A stretch of 56,130 bases of DNA from Candidatus Shapirobacteria bacterium (GCA_003542615.1 DPKG01000001.1:1-56130), one strand, 5' to 3'; positions 18,477 through 28,107 are shown, counted from the first letter of the stretch. Notes: a model not told the origin generated them from the letters alone. Translations and numbers: made by a program.

Positions 18477-19190
18477 CTATTCCGGTACGCACCTAAATAA
18501 AGTATCATCAGCTGCCAAAGTAACGTAAGTAGCTGCCGCCATCTGTGCCACTGTAGCATCTATAACCTGGGTTGCAACACCTACATTATCAGTACCAGTT
18601 ACTGCCAACGACTTTAATTTCCAAGTAGCTGCTGCAGGCGGATTTCTATTTGCCTTTGCTTTTGGTACATAACAAACAAATATAGAATTCCCAGCAGTAT
18701 TATCAGTTTTAACAGCATACAACTCATCTTGAAAAGTCCAAGCCGGATCTGCCTGCACCCTGGTATAAGTTTTACTTAAAAACGATTCTTTAAGTTCTTG
18801 GGTTTCAATTAATTTCCCCGGAGTAGTCTGAGTATCACAACCGGTAGTCTGACTGACTCCAGTTGCCGTTAATGTTCCACACAAACCAAAACCTACCATA
18901 CTACTTCTACCTGAATACGCTTCATCTACCGAAAGAATAGTAGAACCAGTTACATCCATCCAAGGATAAGTAGCCGAATTAGTATAGTAACGCTCATAGG
19001 CGTTCAGGACTTCAGCCGCATCATTTTGAACTCTGGCATCCCGGGCTTTATTAGATTGCTCGATTGGATTGATAGTAGCCAATACCGCAACCGACAAAAT
19101 CGAGATCAAGGCGATAACGATTAATAGTTCCACCAAGGTGAAACCTTTCCCTGACAGCTTACGTACATTTTGGAGCAGTTTGTTTGTCAT
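18477..19190 (-). CDS. Type IV pilin with a 16-residue leader; candidate major pilin
   Basis: MTNKLLQNVRKLSGKG|FTLVELLIVIALISILSVAVLATINPIEQSNKARDA. It follows pilC and has its own terminator. Confidence 0.8.
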   Translation of the reverse strand: MTNKLLQNVRKLSGKGFTLVELLIVIALISILSVAVLATINPIEQSNKARDARVQNDAAEVLNAYERYYTNSATYPWMDVTGSTILSVDEAYSGRSSMVGFGLCGTLTATGVSQTTGCDTQTTPGKLIETQELKESFLSKTYTRVQADPAWTFQDELYAVKTDNTAGNSIFVCYVPKAKANRNPPAAATWKLKSLAVTGTDNVGVATQVIDATVAQMAAATYVTLAADDTLFRCVPE

Positions 19191-19198
19191 ATTTTTCA

Positions 19199-19222
19199 GT
19201 CATCCTGAATTTATTTCAGGAT
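19199..19222 (+). repeat. Hairpin repeat GTCATCCTGAA-N5-TTCAGGATC (copy 2 of 3)
   Basis: gtcatcctgaatttatttcaggatc, in the 67-nt pilC-pilin spacer, 9 nt from the pilin ATG. Confidence 0.6.
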
Positions 19223-19257
19223 CTTTAATTATTAAAATCTTAATTCATTATTGAACA

Positions 19258-20469
19258 CTAAAATTGCGATGTCAAGTTATAAATCGGCACTATCACCGCC
19301 ACCACCAAAAATCCAACTCCAATTCCCAACACAATCATAATCAACGGCTCGATCGCCGCCGTCAAACCTTTTACTGATTGTTCCGCTTCTGTCGAAAAAT
19401 ATTTGGCCACTTTTAGCAACACTTCATCCAACTTTCCCGTCGCTTCTCCGGTGGCCACCATTTGCGTCACAATCGGTTGAAATACCCCCGCCTCTTCAAA
19501 AGACTCCGACACATTAAAACCTTTTTCCACTCTTTCGGCAATTTTTAAATATGCCCTCCGGTAAACTTCATTATCGGCAACATTGGACACAATTCTTAAT
19601 GCTTCCACCAAAGATATTCCGGCCGTCAACAACATCGATAATGTCCTATTGGTATTGGCTACCACCGTTTTTTTGGTCAAATCACCAATAATCGGTAATT
19701 TCATAAAAATTTCATCTCTTTTATATCTGAAATTTTCATTTTTATCACCGGCTTTCATTACCGAATATATTCCCAAAGGTATCATTGGAAATAAAAACCA
19801 CAACTTTACCGTCCAAGTCGATATCGTCATCAGGGCCACTGTAATTGCCGGCATCTTCGACCCAAAATCTCCATACAGACTTAAAAGTTTAGGTATTACA
19901 AATACCATCATGATAAAAGCCACTATCAACATTCCGATAACCACAATTATTGGATAAATCATGGCTCCTTTTACCTTACCCCTAAACTCGGTGTCCGCCT
20001 CCAAACTATCCGCCAATTTTGACAACACATCTTCCAGCACTCCGCCTTCTTCACCGGCCTTGACCGAAGCCACGTAAGCTTCCCCGAAATAATTTTTGTA
20101 TTTCTCCAAAGCTTTTCCCAACGGTTGTCCCGACCGCACGATAGTCAAACAATCATCAATAATTTGATACATCACACTCCCCGAAGGACTCTGATTCCTC
20201 AACAAAGACAATGCGTCAGTCAGAGCCAAACCGGCTGTCATCATCGTCGACAGTTGACGGGTCAAATTTGAAATTTGTTTCCCGGTAACCCGATTAAACA
20301 TCCGTGAGTGCAACTCCTTAAATATATTATCTTTATCCTCGTTAACCTTTATCGGCACCAAACCATTTCCCTTTATCGACGATACCACCTCATTTATATC
20401 CATTGCCTCCAAAGTACCGTTTACGGTTTTTCCATTCCAATCTTTAGCTTTAAATTTATATTTCTTCAT
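19258..20469 (-). CDS. pilC: Type IV pilus inner-membrane platform protein PilC (GspF family)
   Basis: 403 aa with a duplicated GspF-type domain and 3 TM blocks. It lies between pilT and the pilin gene. Confidence 0.88.
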   Translation of the reverse strand: MKKYKFKAKDWNGKTVNGTLEAMDINEVVSSIKGNGLVPIKVNEDKDNIFKELHSRMFNRVTGKQISNLTRQLSTMMTAGLALTDALSLLRNQSPSGSVMYQIIDDCLTIVRSGQPLGKALEKYKNYFGEAYVASVKAGEEGGVLEDVLSKLADSLEADTEFRGKVKGAMIYPIIVVIGMLIVAFIMMVFVIPKLLSLYGDFGSKMPAITVALMTISTWTVKLWFLFPMIPLGIYSVMKAGDKNENFRYKRDEIFMKLPIIGDLTKKTVVANTNRTLSMLLTAGISLVEALRIVSNVADNEVYRRAYLKIAERVEKGFNVSESFEEAGVFQPIVTQMVATGEATGKLDEVLLKVAKYFSTEAEQSVKGLTAAIEPLIMIVLGIGVGFLVVAVIVPIYNLTSQF

Positions 20470-20472
20470 TTA

Positions 20473-21546
20473 TTAAATCTGAAATTTTTGACTTCTCAGT
20501 CTGTTTTGTAATTCGTCCGGTTTTAAGGCATAACTCATTGCTATCTCTTCTTTAACTTTATTGGTTTTTACCAAAGTTGCCAGTGAACTTTCCAAACTAA
20601 TCATCCCCAAATCCGAACTGGTTTGAATAATATTATCAATCATAAAATTTTTACCCTCTCTTATCGAATTTCTTACTGCCGGATTAGCAATCAACACCTC
20701 CACCGCCGGTACCCGACCTCCGTCCAAAGAGGGGAGTAGTCTCTGGGAAATTACCGCCGTAATTACCGTTGCCAACTGAGTTCTGATTTGAGATTTTGAT
20801 ACCTCCGGAAATACGTCAATAATTCTATCTATCGTTTGTGCCGCTGAATTTGTATGTAATGTCGAAAATACCAAATGTCCCGTTTCCGCCACCGTCAACG
20901 CCGAAGAAATTGTTTCCAAGTCCCGCATCTCACCCACAAACACTACATTAGGATCCTGACGTAAACAAGATCTCAGGGAATTTTCAAAACTCAAGGTATC
21001 CGAATGAACTTCTCTTTGAGAGATTATCGATTTTTTTGGTTTGATCACATATTCAATCGGATCCTCAATGGTAACTATATGACTATTCAAATTTTCATTT
21101 ATCTGATTCAACATCGAAGCTACCGTAGTCGATTTTCCATGCCCTGTCGGACCGGCAACAATTACAAAACCCTGCTTTTCATTTATTATATTTGCACAAA
21201 TCTCCGGTAAATTTAAATCTTTCAAAACCGGAATTTCATTTGGAACCACCCTCAGTGAACACGCCAATCTTCCCAAGGCAAAATACATATTTGCCCTAAA
21301 CCTAGCCATCGGCGTTGAAATAGAAAAATCCAATTCCCGATCTTCCAAAAGAATTTTCTTTTGCTCTTCATCTACCAAAGTCATCAGCATTTCCGTCATT
21401 GCTTCATCGCTTACTTCTCCAAAATTCGTTACGTTAGCCAATACTCCATGCACCCGAAGCTTTGGCCACTCTCCCACGGAAATATGTACATCAGATGCTC
21501 CATTCGACAGAGCCAATTCCAATAGTTGTTTGATTTTTATATCCAT
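20473..21546 (-). CDS. pilT: Twitching motility / retraction ATPase PilT
   Basis: 357 aa: ASDVHISVGEWPKLRVHG, Walker A GPTGHGKST, and the GspE-family Asp and His boxes. Confidence 0.88.
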   Translation of the reverse strand: MDIKIKQLLELALSNGASDVHISVGEWPKLRVHGVLANVTNFGEVSDEAMTEMLMTLVDEEQKKILLEDRELDFSISTPMARFRANMYFALGRLACSLRVVPNEIPVLKDLNLPEICANIINEKQGFVIVAGPTGHGKSTTVASMLNQINENLNSHIVTIEDPIEYVIKPKKSIISQREVHSDTLSFENSLRSCLRQDPNVVFVGEMRDLETISSALTVAETGHLVFSTLHTNSAAQTIDRIIDVFPEVSKSQIRTQLATVITAVISQRLLPSLDGGRVPAVEVLIANPAVRNSIREGKNFMIDNIIQTSSDLGMISLESSLATLVKTNKVKEEIAMSYALKPDELQNRLRSQKFQI

Positions 21547-21552
21547 ATTTTT

Positions 21553-23304
21553 TTAATATTCTGCAACTCTTTTAACTTCTTCTAGTGTAGTCGTTCCTTC
21601 CAAAACTTTCACGTACCCATCCTGTTTCATTGTCAACATTCCCTCTTCCATCGCCTGATTTTCAATATCACTAGCCGATGCCTTACTCACAATTAATTTA
21701 CTGATTTTTTCAGTTATCGGCATCACTTCGTAAATAGCAATTCTTCCAAAATAACCGGTGTTACCACATACTTCACACCCCTGAATCTGTTTGATCGTCA
21801 TCTTCTTTCCTTCCTTCTTCCACTTGTCCTCAACCATATCGTAAATTGGCCCCAACACTTTTTTCATATCAGCTTCAATATCCGGTGGAATCGGAATATC
21901 TTTAAAACATTCCTTGCAGACACGGCGCAATACCCGCTGGCCTACCACACAATTTAAAGAAGATACCAACAAAAACGGTTCCACTCCCATATCAATCATT
22001 CTCGGCGGTACTCCGGAAGCATTATTGGTGTGCAAAGTTGAAAACACCAAATGTCCGGTCAACGCCGCGTTAATAGCCAAATCAGCCGTTTCGGCATCAC
22101 GGACCTCTCCCACCATCATAATATTTGGATCTTGCCGCAAAAATGCCCGCAACGCATTTGCAAAAGTTAATCCCGCCTGCGAGTTTACCTGAACCTGACT
22201 AATTCCCTTAATTTGATATTCCACCGGATCTTCAATCGTCATTACATTTACTTTTGACGAAGACACTCTATCCAAAACCGAATACAAAGTTGTCGTTTTT
22301 CCCGATCCTGTCGGTCCGCAAACAATAATAATTCCGTGCGGTCTTTCGATTGATTCCATCAAATTTTTCAAAGCCAAACCTCTCAAACCCAAATCCGGCA
22401 ACGAAGGTACTTTTTGGGCTTTTTTCAAAAGACGCATTACCACTTTTTCCCCATAAGTCGTCGGTACTGTCGAAACCCGCAAATCCACATCATTATCATC
22501 CGCTGAAAAAAAGAAGCGACCATCCTGAGGTATTCTTTTTTCGTCAATTTTCATATTTGACAAAATCTTAATTCTGGACACCACCGCGTCATGAACATTA
22601 CGGGGTAATAAATATTTTTCCTGTAAAATACCGTCAATTCTATATCTGATTCTGACGTTGTCCTCCTGAGGTTCAATGTGAATATCAGAAGCCCTTGATT
22701 TGACCGCAAACTCCAAAATTGTCGATACTATTTTTGCAACCGGCGCTTCCGAAGAAACTTTTTTATTTTTCGCTACCAGGGTACTCCGCTCAACTTCGTC
22801 CTTCTTTCTTTCATCCAGAGCTTTTGTCACTTCCGAAGTTATTCCTTTTTCTCTAAGATATTTTTCCTTAATAAAGGCCACGATTTGTTTCTCTGTTGAC
22901 ATCGCCACTTTCACCGACAAGCCCGTCTTCTTTTCCAAAAATTCTATCGTTTCCAGATCAAGAGGATTGACCATTGTTACCATCAATACTTTTTCTTTGG
23001 TATCCAAACCATAGGGAACTACTTTATATTTTTCCGCCACCGATTCCGGTACCATCGACAGAGCTTCCGGTGCAAATCCAATTGAATCCAAGTCAACATA
23101 AGGTACTCTGATAAACTCAGACTTTGCCTCGGTCAATTGCTCCTCAGTCACCAACCTCATCGATCTGATTATCTCTTCTTCACTCTCTCCGGTTTTTACC
23201 TGTTTTAAGGATATTTCTTCACTTACCTTTATATCGATTAAGCCCTTATCAACCAGGACATCACGCAAATTTTTATATGTCTTTTGGGCAGAACCATTAA
23301 TCAT
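21553..23304 (-). CDS. pilB: Type IV pilus assembly ATPase PilB (GspE family)
   Basis: 583 aa: N-terminal GSPII_E_N-like domain, Walker A GPTGSGKTT, and the tetracysteine CKEC...CEVCGNTGY. Confidence 0.9.
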   Translation of the reverse strand: MINGSAQKTYKNLRDVLVDKGLIDIKVSEEISLKQVKTGESEEEIIRSMRLVTEEQLTEAKSEFIRVPYVDLDSIGFAPEALSMVPESVAEKYKVVPYGLDTKEKVLMVTMVNPLDLETIEFLEKKTGLSVKVAMSTEKQIVAFIKEKYLREKGITSEVTKALDERKKDEVERSTLVAKNKKVSSEAPVAKIVSTILEFAVKSRASDIHIEPQEDNVRIRYRIDGILQEKYLLPRNVHDAVVSRIKILSNMKIDEKRIPQDGRFFFSADDNDVDLRVSTVPTTYGEKVVMRLLKKAQKVPSLPDLGLRGLALKNLMESIERPHGIIIVCGPTGSGKTTTLYSVLDRVSSSKVNVMTIEDPVEYQIKGISQVQVNSQAGLTFANALRAFLRQDPNIMMVGEVRDAETADLAINAALTGHLVFSTLHTNNASGVPPRMIDMGVEPFLLVSSLNCVVGQRVLRRVCKECFKDIPIPPDIEADMKKVLGPIYDMVEDKWKKEGKKMTIKQIQGCEVCGNTGYFGRIAIYEVMPITEKISKLIVSKASASDIENQAMEEGMLTMKQDGYVKVLEGTTTLEEVKRVAEY

Positions 23305-23313
23305 ACTACTATC

Positions 23314-23342
23314 ATAGTAACTTCTTTCATCTTTAGTTACAA
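23314..23342 (-). promoter_or_regulatory. Candidate pilB promoter (TTGTAA-17-TACTAT), 9 nt from the ATG
   Basis: The reverse strand reads TTGTAActaaagatgaaagaagtTACTATgatagtagtATG. Its -35 box overlaps the holB -10 box TACAAT (23338-23343) on the other strand. Confidence 0.4.
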
Positions 23343-23351
23343 TATCAATAC

Positions 23352-23987
23352 ATGAACTTCCCGTCTGTTATTATTACCGGCACTGACTCATCACCGATTT
23401 CAAAACAAACCGACAAACTTTTTGCCGCCCTCAAAAATCAAAATCAACCCAACAATCCGGATTTAATTGTTATCGACCAACAATCAGGATATACCATCGA
23501 AAACATCAGAAAAATCAACCACTTTTTTTCCCAAAAACCAATTAAATTCAACACCAAAATCGTTCTTATTGTTGACGCCCAAAATCTCAACCTTGAATCT
23601 CAAAACGCTCTTTTAAAAACCCTGGAAGAACCCCCCAAAGATTGTTATCTCATTCTCACCTGCAGTCACACCCATTCCCTTATCCCCACCATAATTTCCC
23701 GCTGTCACCTAATCAAAACTACCCCAAATTCCACCAAATCAGATAACAAACCCTTAACTCCTCTTTCCTCTGTCAAAGACAATCTCCTTCTTTCTGAAAA
23801 AAACAGCCTCTCGCCACCGGAAACTCTAATCTATCTCCGAGATCAGCTAAATATTTACCACCAACTTCTAAACAAAAATCCAAATTTACCCCATCTTAAT
23901 TTCATCAAAAAAATTCTTAAGGCTATCGACATGGTCAAATCCAATGTCGACCCCCGTTCTGCCCTCGATTATTTGTTATTAAGCTAA
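23352..23987 (+). CDS. holB: DNA polymerase III delta-prime-like clamp-loader subunit (short form)
   Basis: NALLKTLEEPP and SRC motif (IISRCHLI); 211 aa. Confidence 0.7.
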   Translation: MNFPSVIITGTDSSPISKQTDKLFAALKNQNQPNNPDLIVIDQQSGYTIENIRKINHFFSQKPIKFNTKIVLIVDAQNLNLESQNALLKTLEEPPKDCYLILTCSHTHSLIPTIISRCHLIKTTPNSTKSDNKPLTPLSSVKDNLLLSEKNSLSPPETLIYLRDQLNIYHQLLNKNPNLPHLNFIKKILKAIDMVKSNVDPRSALDYLLLS

Positions 23988-24030
23988 CAAAACTGATTTC
24001 CGCATTTTCCCCTCAAAAAATGTAAAAATC

Positions 24031-24039
24031 TGTTATAAT
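24031..24039 (+). promoter_or_regulatory. Extended -10 promoter element TGTTATAAT upstream of fic
   Basis: TGnTATAAT at 24031-24039; ATG at 24050. Confidence 0.4.
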
Positions 24040-24049
24040 CTTTCTCAAG

Positions 24050-25183
24050 ATGTTTTTACCTGTCTTTAGCATTAATAACAAAATTCTCAAAAACATATGT
24101 GCCATTGAAGCGGCCAAGGCCATAATTGACGAAGCTCCTCTCATCCCGGCCTACGAAAAACAATTTCAGCAGGAAGCTGTCGTCCGAACCGTCCATTTTG
24201 GCACCAGAATTGAAGGTAACGATCTTACTTTCCAGGAAGTCGCCAGACTGGTCGAAGGTCAAAAAGTCACCGCCGGCCAAAGAGATATCCAGGAAGTCAT
24301 TAACTATCGAAATGTCGTTTCCTATCTTGAAGAATTATGGGCTCTCTACGACGCCAATATGCCTCTTCCTGAAGAAAAAAATCCCATCGATTTCGACAGT
24401 ACTACTCCCAAACGTTTTTTTTACAGCGAAACCATCATCAAAAAAATTCACCATCTGACTACCGACAAAATTATCACCGAAACCGAACTGGGCAAATATC
24501 GTCACCAACAAGTTGTACTCAAAAATACCCGTACCGGAGAAATTGCCCATCGACCGCCTCCTGCCATTGAAGTTCCTTATTTAATTACCGATCTGGTTGC
24601 CTGGCTAAACTCCGACCAATCAATAGACATCCATCCCGCCGTAAAATCGGCCATTTCTCAATATATTCTGGTTGCCATCCATCCTTTTATTGAAGGTAAC
24701 GGCCGGGTTGCCCGCGCTTTTGCCATGCTTCCTCTTTATGTCGAAGGTTATGACATCCGCCGTCTTTTCTCTTTGGAAGAATTTTTTGATAGAAATGCCG
24801 AAGATTATTACAATACCATCCAATCTACCCATCAATTATCATCCGAGGTTTTCAAAAGAGATCTTTCCGGTTGGATTGAATATTTTACCAATGCTCTGGC
24901 CATCGAACTTACCCGGGTCAAACAAAAAGTTCAAAATTTAAGCCACGATCTCAAACTCAAACAAAAACTGGGTGGCAAACAAGTTCACCTAAGCGAACGA
25001 CAAATCAAACTAGTCGAATATATGCAACAATTTGGCGGTCTCCGTATGCCCGATGCTCAATCACTTTTACCCATGGTTTCCGACGATACTCTCTGGAGAG
25101 ATCTTAAAAAACTAATCGATGATGGTGTTGTCGAAAAACGCGGCTCCACCAAAGGTGCCTACTACTGTCTGGTCAGCGCTTAA
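24050..25183 (+). CDS. fic: Fic family protein (Fic_N plus Fic core plus C-terminal winged-helix)
   Basis: Fic active-site motif HPFIEGNGRVARAF; N-terminal helix region with TRIEGN; C-terminal wHTH-like segment (LSERQIKLVEYMQQFGGLRMPDAQSLL). Confidence 0.88.
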   Translation: MFLPVFSINNKILKNICAIEAAKAIIDEAPLIPAYEKQFQQEAVVRTVHFGTRIEGNDLTFQEVARLVEGQKVTAGQRDIQEVINYRNVVSYLEELWALYDANMPLPEEKNPIDFDSTTPKRFFYSETIIKKIHHLTTDKIITETELGKYRHQQVVLKNTRTGEIAHRPPPAIEVPYLITDLVAWLNSDQSIDIHPAVKSAISQYILVAIHPFIEGNGRVARAFAMLPLYVEGYDIRRLFSLEEFFDRNAEDYYNTIQSTHQLSSEVFKRDLSGWIEYFTNALAIELTRVKQKVQNLSHDLKLKQKLGGKQVHLSERQIKLVEYMQQFGGLRMPDAQSLLPMVSDDTLWRDLKKLIDDGVVEKRGSTKGAYYCLVSA

Positions 25184-25217
25184 ATCCCAATCTCTCTAAA
25201 TCTTCTCTATAAAAAGA

Positions 25218-25223
25218 TATAAT
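25218..25223 (+). promoter_or_regulatory. TATAAT -10 box 6 nt upstream of the ligA ATG (possible leaderless transcript)
   Basis: gaTATAATcaaaccATG. Confidence 0.35.
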
Positions 25224-25229
25224 CAAACC

Positions 25230-27203
25230 ATGATTACCCTCAAAGACCTCGACCTAAAAAAAATGTCCACCGAAGAATTGGGCGAATTGCTAATTGATGC
25301 CAAAAAAGTCTACTACACCACCTCCAAACCCATCATGGACGACCATACCTACGATACTCTCGAAGAAATTTTACGTCAAAAAAACCCACACCACCGGATA
25401 TTTTCCAAAGCCGGCCATCCTAACTTTGATACCGGTTTTCCCAAAAAAAAACACAGCATGCCCATGGGTTCCCAAAATAAAGTCAATAACTTTTCCGATC
25501 TCATCCATTATTTTGAACTCAAAAAAATCCCCCAAAACTCCGAATTTATAGTCCAACCCAAATGTGACGGTTTATCATTGGAAATTGAATATCAAAACGG
25601 TCAGTTATTGGACGCCATTACCCGCGGAGACGGCAAAGTAGGGGATATCATCACTCAAAATGTAATTAAAATGAAAAATTTCCGTGAAAAACTTAATTTA
25701 AATTTTACCGGATCTATCCGTTGTGAAATCGTAGTCACCAAAACCGATTTCCAAAAATTAAATAAGATCGTATCCAAAAAGGCCCTCCTTTCTCAAGGGG
25801 GGATCTCCGAAGGGGAAGGGGGTTTTTATTCCAATCCTAGAAACGCCGCCTCCGGCATTTCCCAGCGCCTCGATAGTCTATATTCAAATTATTGCACTCT
25901 GGTTGCCGTAGACCTGATTACTCCCCATCAAAACTTTTCCACCGAAACTAAGGAATTAGATTATATAAAAAAATTAGGTATCGATCCGGTCGAATCCCAT
26001 CTTTGTCAAAACTTCAATCAAATCGAAACAATTTACCAGGAATTTCTCCAAAATAAACGCCAAAATTACGACTACGACATCGATGGTCTGGTTATCAAAA
26101 TTAACGATCAAAAAATCCAACAACAACTCGGATCCAAAAACCAACGCCCCAAAGGTCAACTTGCCTACAAATTTCCCAGTGAAACAGACCAAACCAAACT
26201 CATCTCCGTCAACTGGCAAACCGGTCCTATGGGTACTATCACCCCGGTAGCCGAAATCGAACCCATCCAAATATCCGGTGCCGTCATCACCTTTGCCTCC
26301 CTGGCAAATTATGACCTGATCAAAAAATATGACATCAATATCGGCGATATTGTCCAAATTAGTCGCCGCGGTGACGTTATTCCGCATATCGACAAAGTCA
26401 TTACCAAAGTCAATTCTGGCTACATCCTCGCCCCCCAAAAATGTCCCTCCTGCAATACCACCTTAATAACCGAAAACAAATTTTTAAAATGTCCCAACAC
26501 TTATTCCTGTCCGGCTCAAATTTTGGGTGTCCTACGGCTTTTTTGTTCTATTTTAGATATCAAAGGTATTTCTCAAAAAACCATCCAAAAACTTCACACC
26601 TCCGAAAAACTTAATTTACCGGGAGATTTTTATAATTTAACAGTCAACGACTTTAAAAATCTAGATGGTTTAGGCGAAAAATCCGGCAATAATATTATCC
26701 ACCAAATCCAACTTAAAAAAAATCTGACTCTCAAAGAAATCTTTAATGCCGCCAGCATTCCCGATTTTTCCTCAGCCAGAATTCAACAAATTATCGATGC
26801 CGGCTTCAACACTCCCTCCAAAATCCTAAACCTTCAGGTTTCCGACCTCGAACCTCTCGTCGGTTTTCAAAAAACTTTGGCCACCAAAATAGTTCAGGGT
26901 ATCTCTTCCCGAACCGAAATAATTCAATCAATTTTAGACCATGTCACCATCAAAACTATAAAATCCACCCTCAAACTCCAAGGCCTCACCTTTGTTATTA
27001 CCGGGCAACTTTCCCGTCCCCGCAAAGATATTATTGATGAACTCCAAACCCTCGGTGCCAAAATCTCTTCCTCCGTCACCCAAAATACCAATTACCTAAT
27101 CACCAATGAAACCAATTCAAATTCATCCAAATTCAAAACAGCCCAAAAGTTAGGTATAAAAATCATCAACGAAAATCAGTTAAAAAGTCTTCTTACTCAA
27201 TAA
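25230..27203 (+). CDS. ligA: NAD-dependent DNA ligase LigA
   Basis: Adenylation motif QPKCDGLS, NPRNAASG, Zn-finger CPSCNTTL...CPNTYSCPAQ, HhH region and C-terminal BRCT. It contains repeat copy D in frame (ALLSQGGISEGEGGF). Confidence 0.92.
   Translation: MITLKDLDLKKMSTEELGELLIDAKKVYYTTSKPIMDDHTYDTLEEILRQKNPHHRIFSKAGHPNFDTGFPKKKHSMPMGSQNKVNNFSDLIHYFELKKIPQNSEFIVQPKCDGLSLEIEYQNGQLLDAITRGDGKVGDIITQNVIKMKNFREKLNLNFTGSIRCEIVVTKTDFQKLNKIVSKKALLSQGGISEGEGGFYSNPRNAASGISQRLDSLYSNYCTLVAVDLITPHQNFSTETKELDYIKKLGIDPVESHLCQNFNQIETIYQEFLQNKRQNYDYDIDGLVIKINDQKIQQQLGSKNQRPKGQLAYKFPSETDQTKLISVNWQTGPMGTITPVAEIEPIQISGAVITFASLANYDLIKKYDINIGDIVQISRRGDVIPHIDKVITKVNSGYILAPQKCPSCNTTLITENKFLKCPNTYSCPAQILGVLRLFCSILDIKGISQKTIQKLHTSEKLNLPGDFYNLTVNDFKNLDGLGEKSGNNIIHQIQLKKNLTLKEIFNAASIPDFSSARIQQIIDAGFNTPSKILNLQVSDLEPLVGFQKTLATKIVQGISSRTEIIQSILDHVTIKTIKSTLKLQGLTFVITGQLSRPRKDIIDELQTLGAKISSSVTQNTNYLITNETNSNSSKFKTAQKLGIKIINENQLKSLLTQ
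25782..25826. repeat. G/C-rich hairpin repeat, copy D (inside ligA, in frame)
   Basis: gccctcctttctcaaggggggatctccgaaggggaagggggtttt. Confidence 0.7.
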
Positions 27204-27216
27204 GATATACTCTCTT

Positions 27217-27468
27217 ATGTCGCATCCTTTTGATAATCCCAACAATCTGTCGGAATACCTATTCGCTCTTAAACAAGCCGATTTCAAACTTACCTTACTC
27301 CCTTGTATTAAACGACTCAACGATACCTGTACTTCACTCAAACCAGTAAGCGTTGAAAGTTGCCTCAATTGTCGTCCTGTTACTCAAAGCCAGGATCTGA
27401 TTCGCCGACATGCCGGATATCAAGCCTTAGTTAATGCTCCACCTGGTAGTTTAAACTTAGAAAAATAA
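27217..27468 (+). CDS. Hypothetical 83-aa protein with four Cys
   Basis: ORF only. It fits tightly between ligA and pth on the same strand. No family recognised. Confidence 0.4.
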   Translation: MSHPFDNPNNLSEYLFALKQADFKLTLLPCIKRLNDTCTSLKPVSVESCLNCRPVTQSQDLIRRHAGYQALVNAPPGSLNLEK

Positions 27469-27490
27469 TATTAAATCTGACAATACTCTT

Positions 27491-28030
27491 ATGAAATTAA
27501 TCTTTGGTTTGGGAAACTTCGATAAAAAATACCAAAACACCCGACATAATCTCGGCCAACAAATTCTCCAATCATATTGTCAACAAAATTCCATCGACCT
27601 AAAAAATAAACTTAACTTTAGCGCTAGGGTAGGGGAGTCAAGCAAGAATTTTTTTGCCCATTCTTTGGGTTACATGAACAACTCCGGTACCCCCTTGGCC
27701 AAAATTGCTTCATATTACAAAATTTCTCCAAAAAATATTTTAGTCATCCATGACGATTTGGATTTACCAATAGGGGAGTGGCGCCTCCAATTTGACCGTT
27801 CCTCCGCCGGCCATAACGGTATCAAATCAATTGTCGATTCTTTAAACACCCAAGCTTTTTACCGACTTAGAATTGGCATTGGCCATCCCCGCAATTCAGA
27901 CAATCCCCAAATCCCCCCCGAAGACTATGTTCTCTTGCCTTTTAATGCCGATGAGAAGATTCTTGTCGATCAAACAATCAAAGACATTCTACCCGAAATT
28001 ACCAAAATAATTCAAACTTTCCGATCTTAA
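27491..28030 (+). CDS. pth: Peptidyl-tRNA hydrolase
   Basis: MKLIFGLGNFDKKYQNTRHNLG ... HDDLDLPIGEWRL ... GHNGIKS. Confidence 0.9.
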   Translation: MKLIFGLGNFDKKYQNTRHNLGQQILQSYCQQNSIDLKNKLNFSARVGESSKNFFAHSLGYMNNSGTPLAKIASYYKISPKNILVIHDDLDLPIGEWRLQFDRSSAGHNGIKSIVDSLNTQAFYRLRIGIGHPRNSDNPQIPPEDYVLLPFNADEKILVDQTIKDILPEITKIIQTFRS

Positions 28031-28107
28031 ACCGGTCATTCCAAAATCGCGTCGTATTGGCCCAAAAGGATGAAAAACTGGATTTTTTCAGATAAAATAT
28101 AGCCCGA

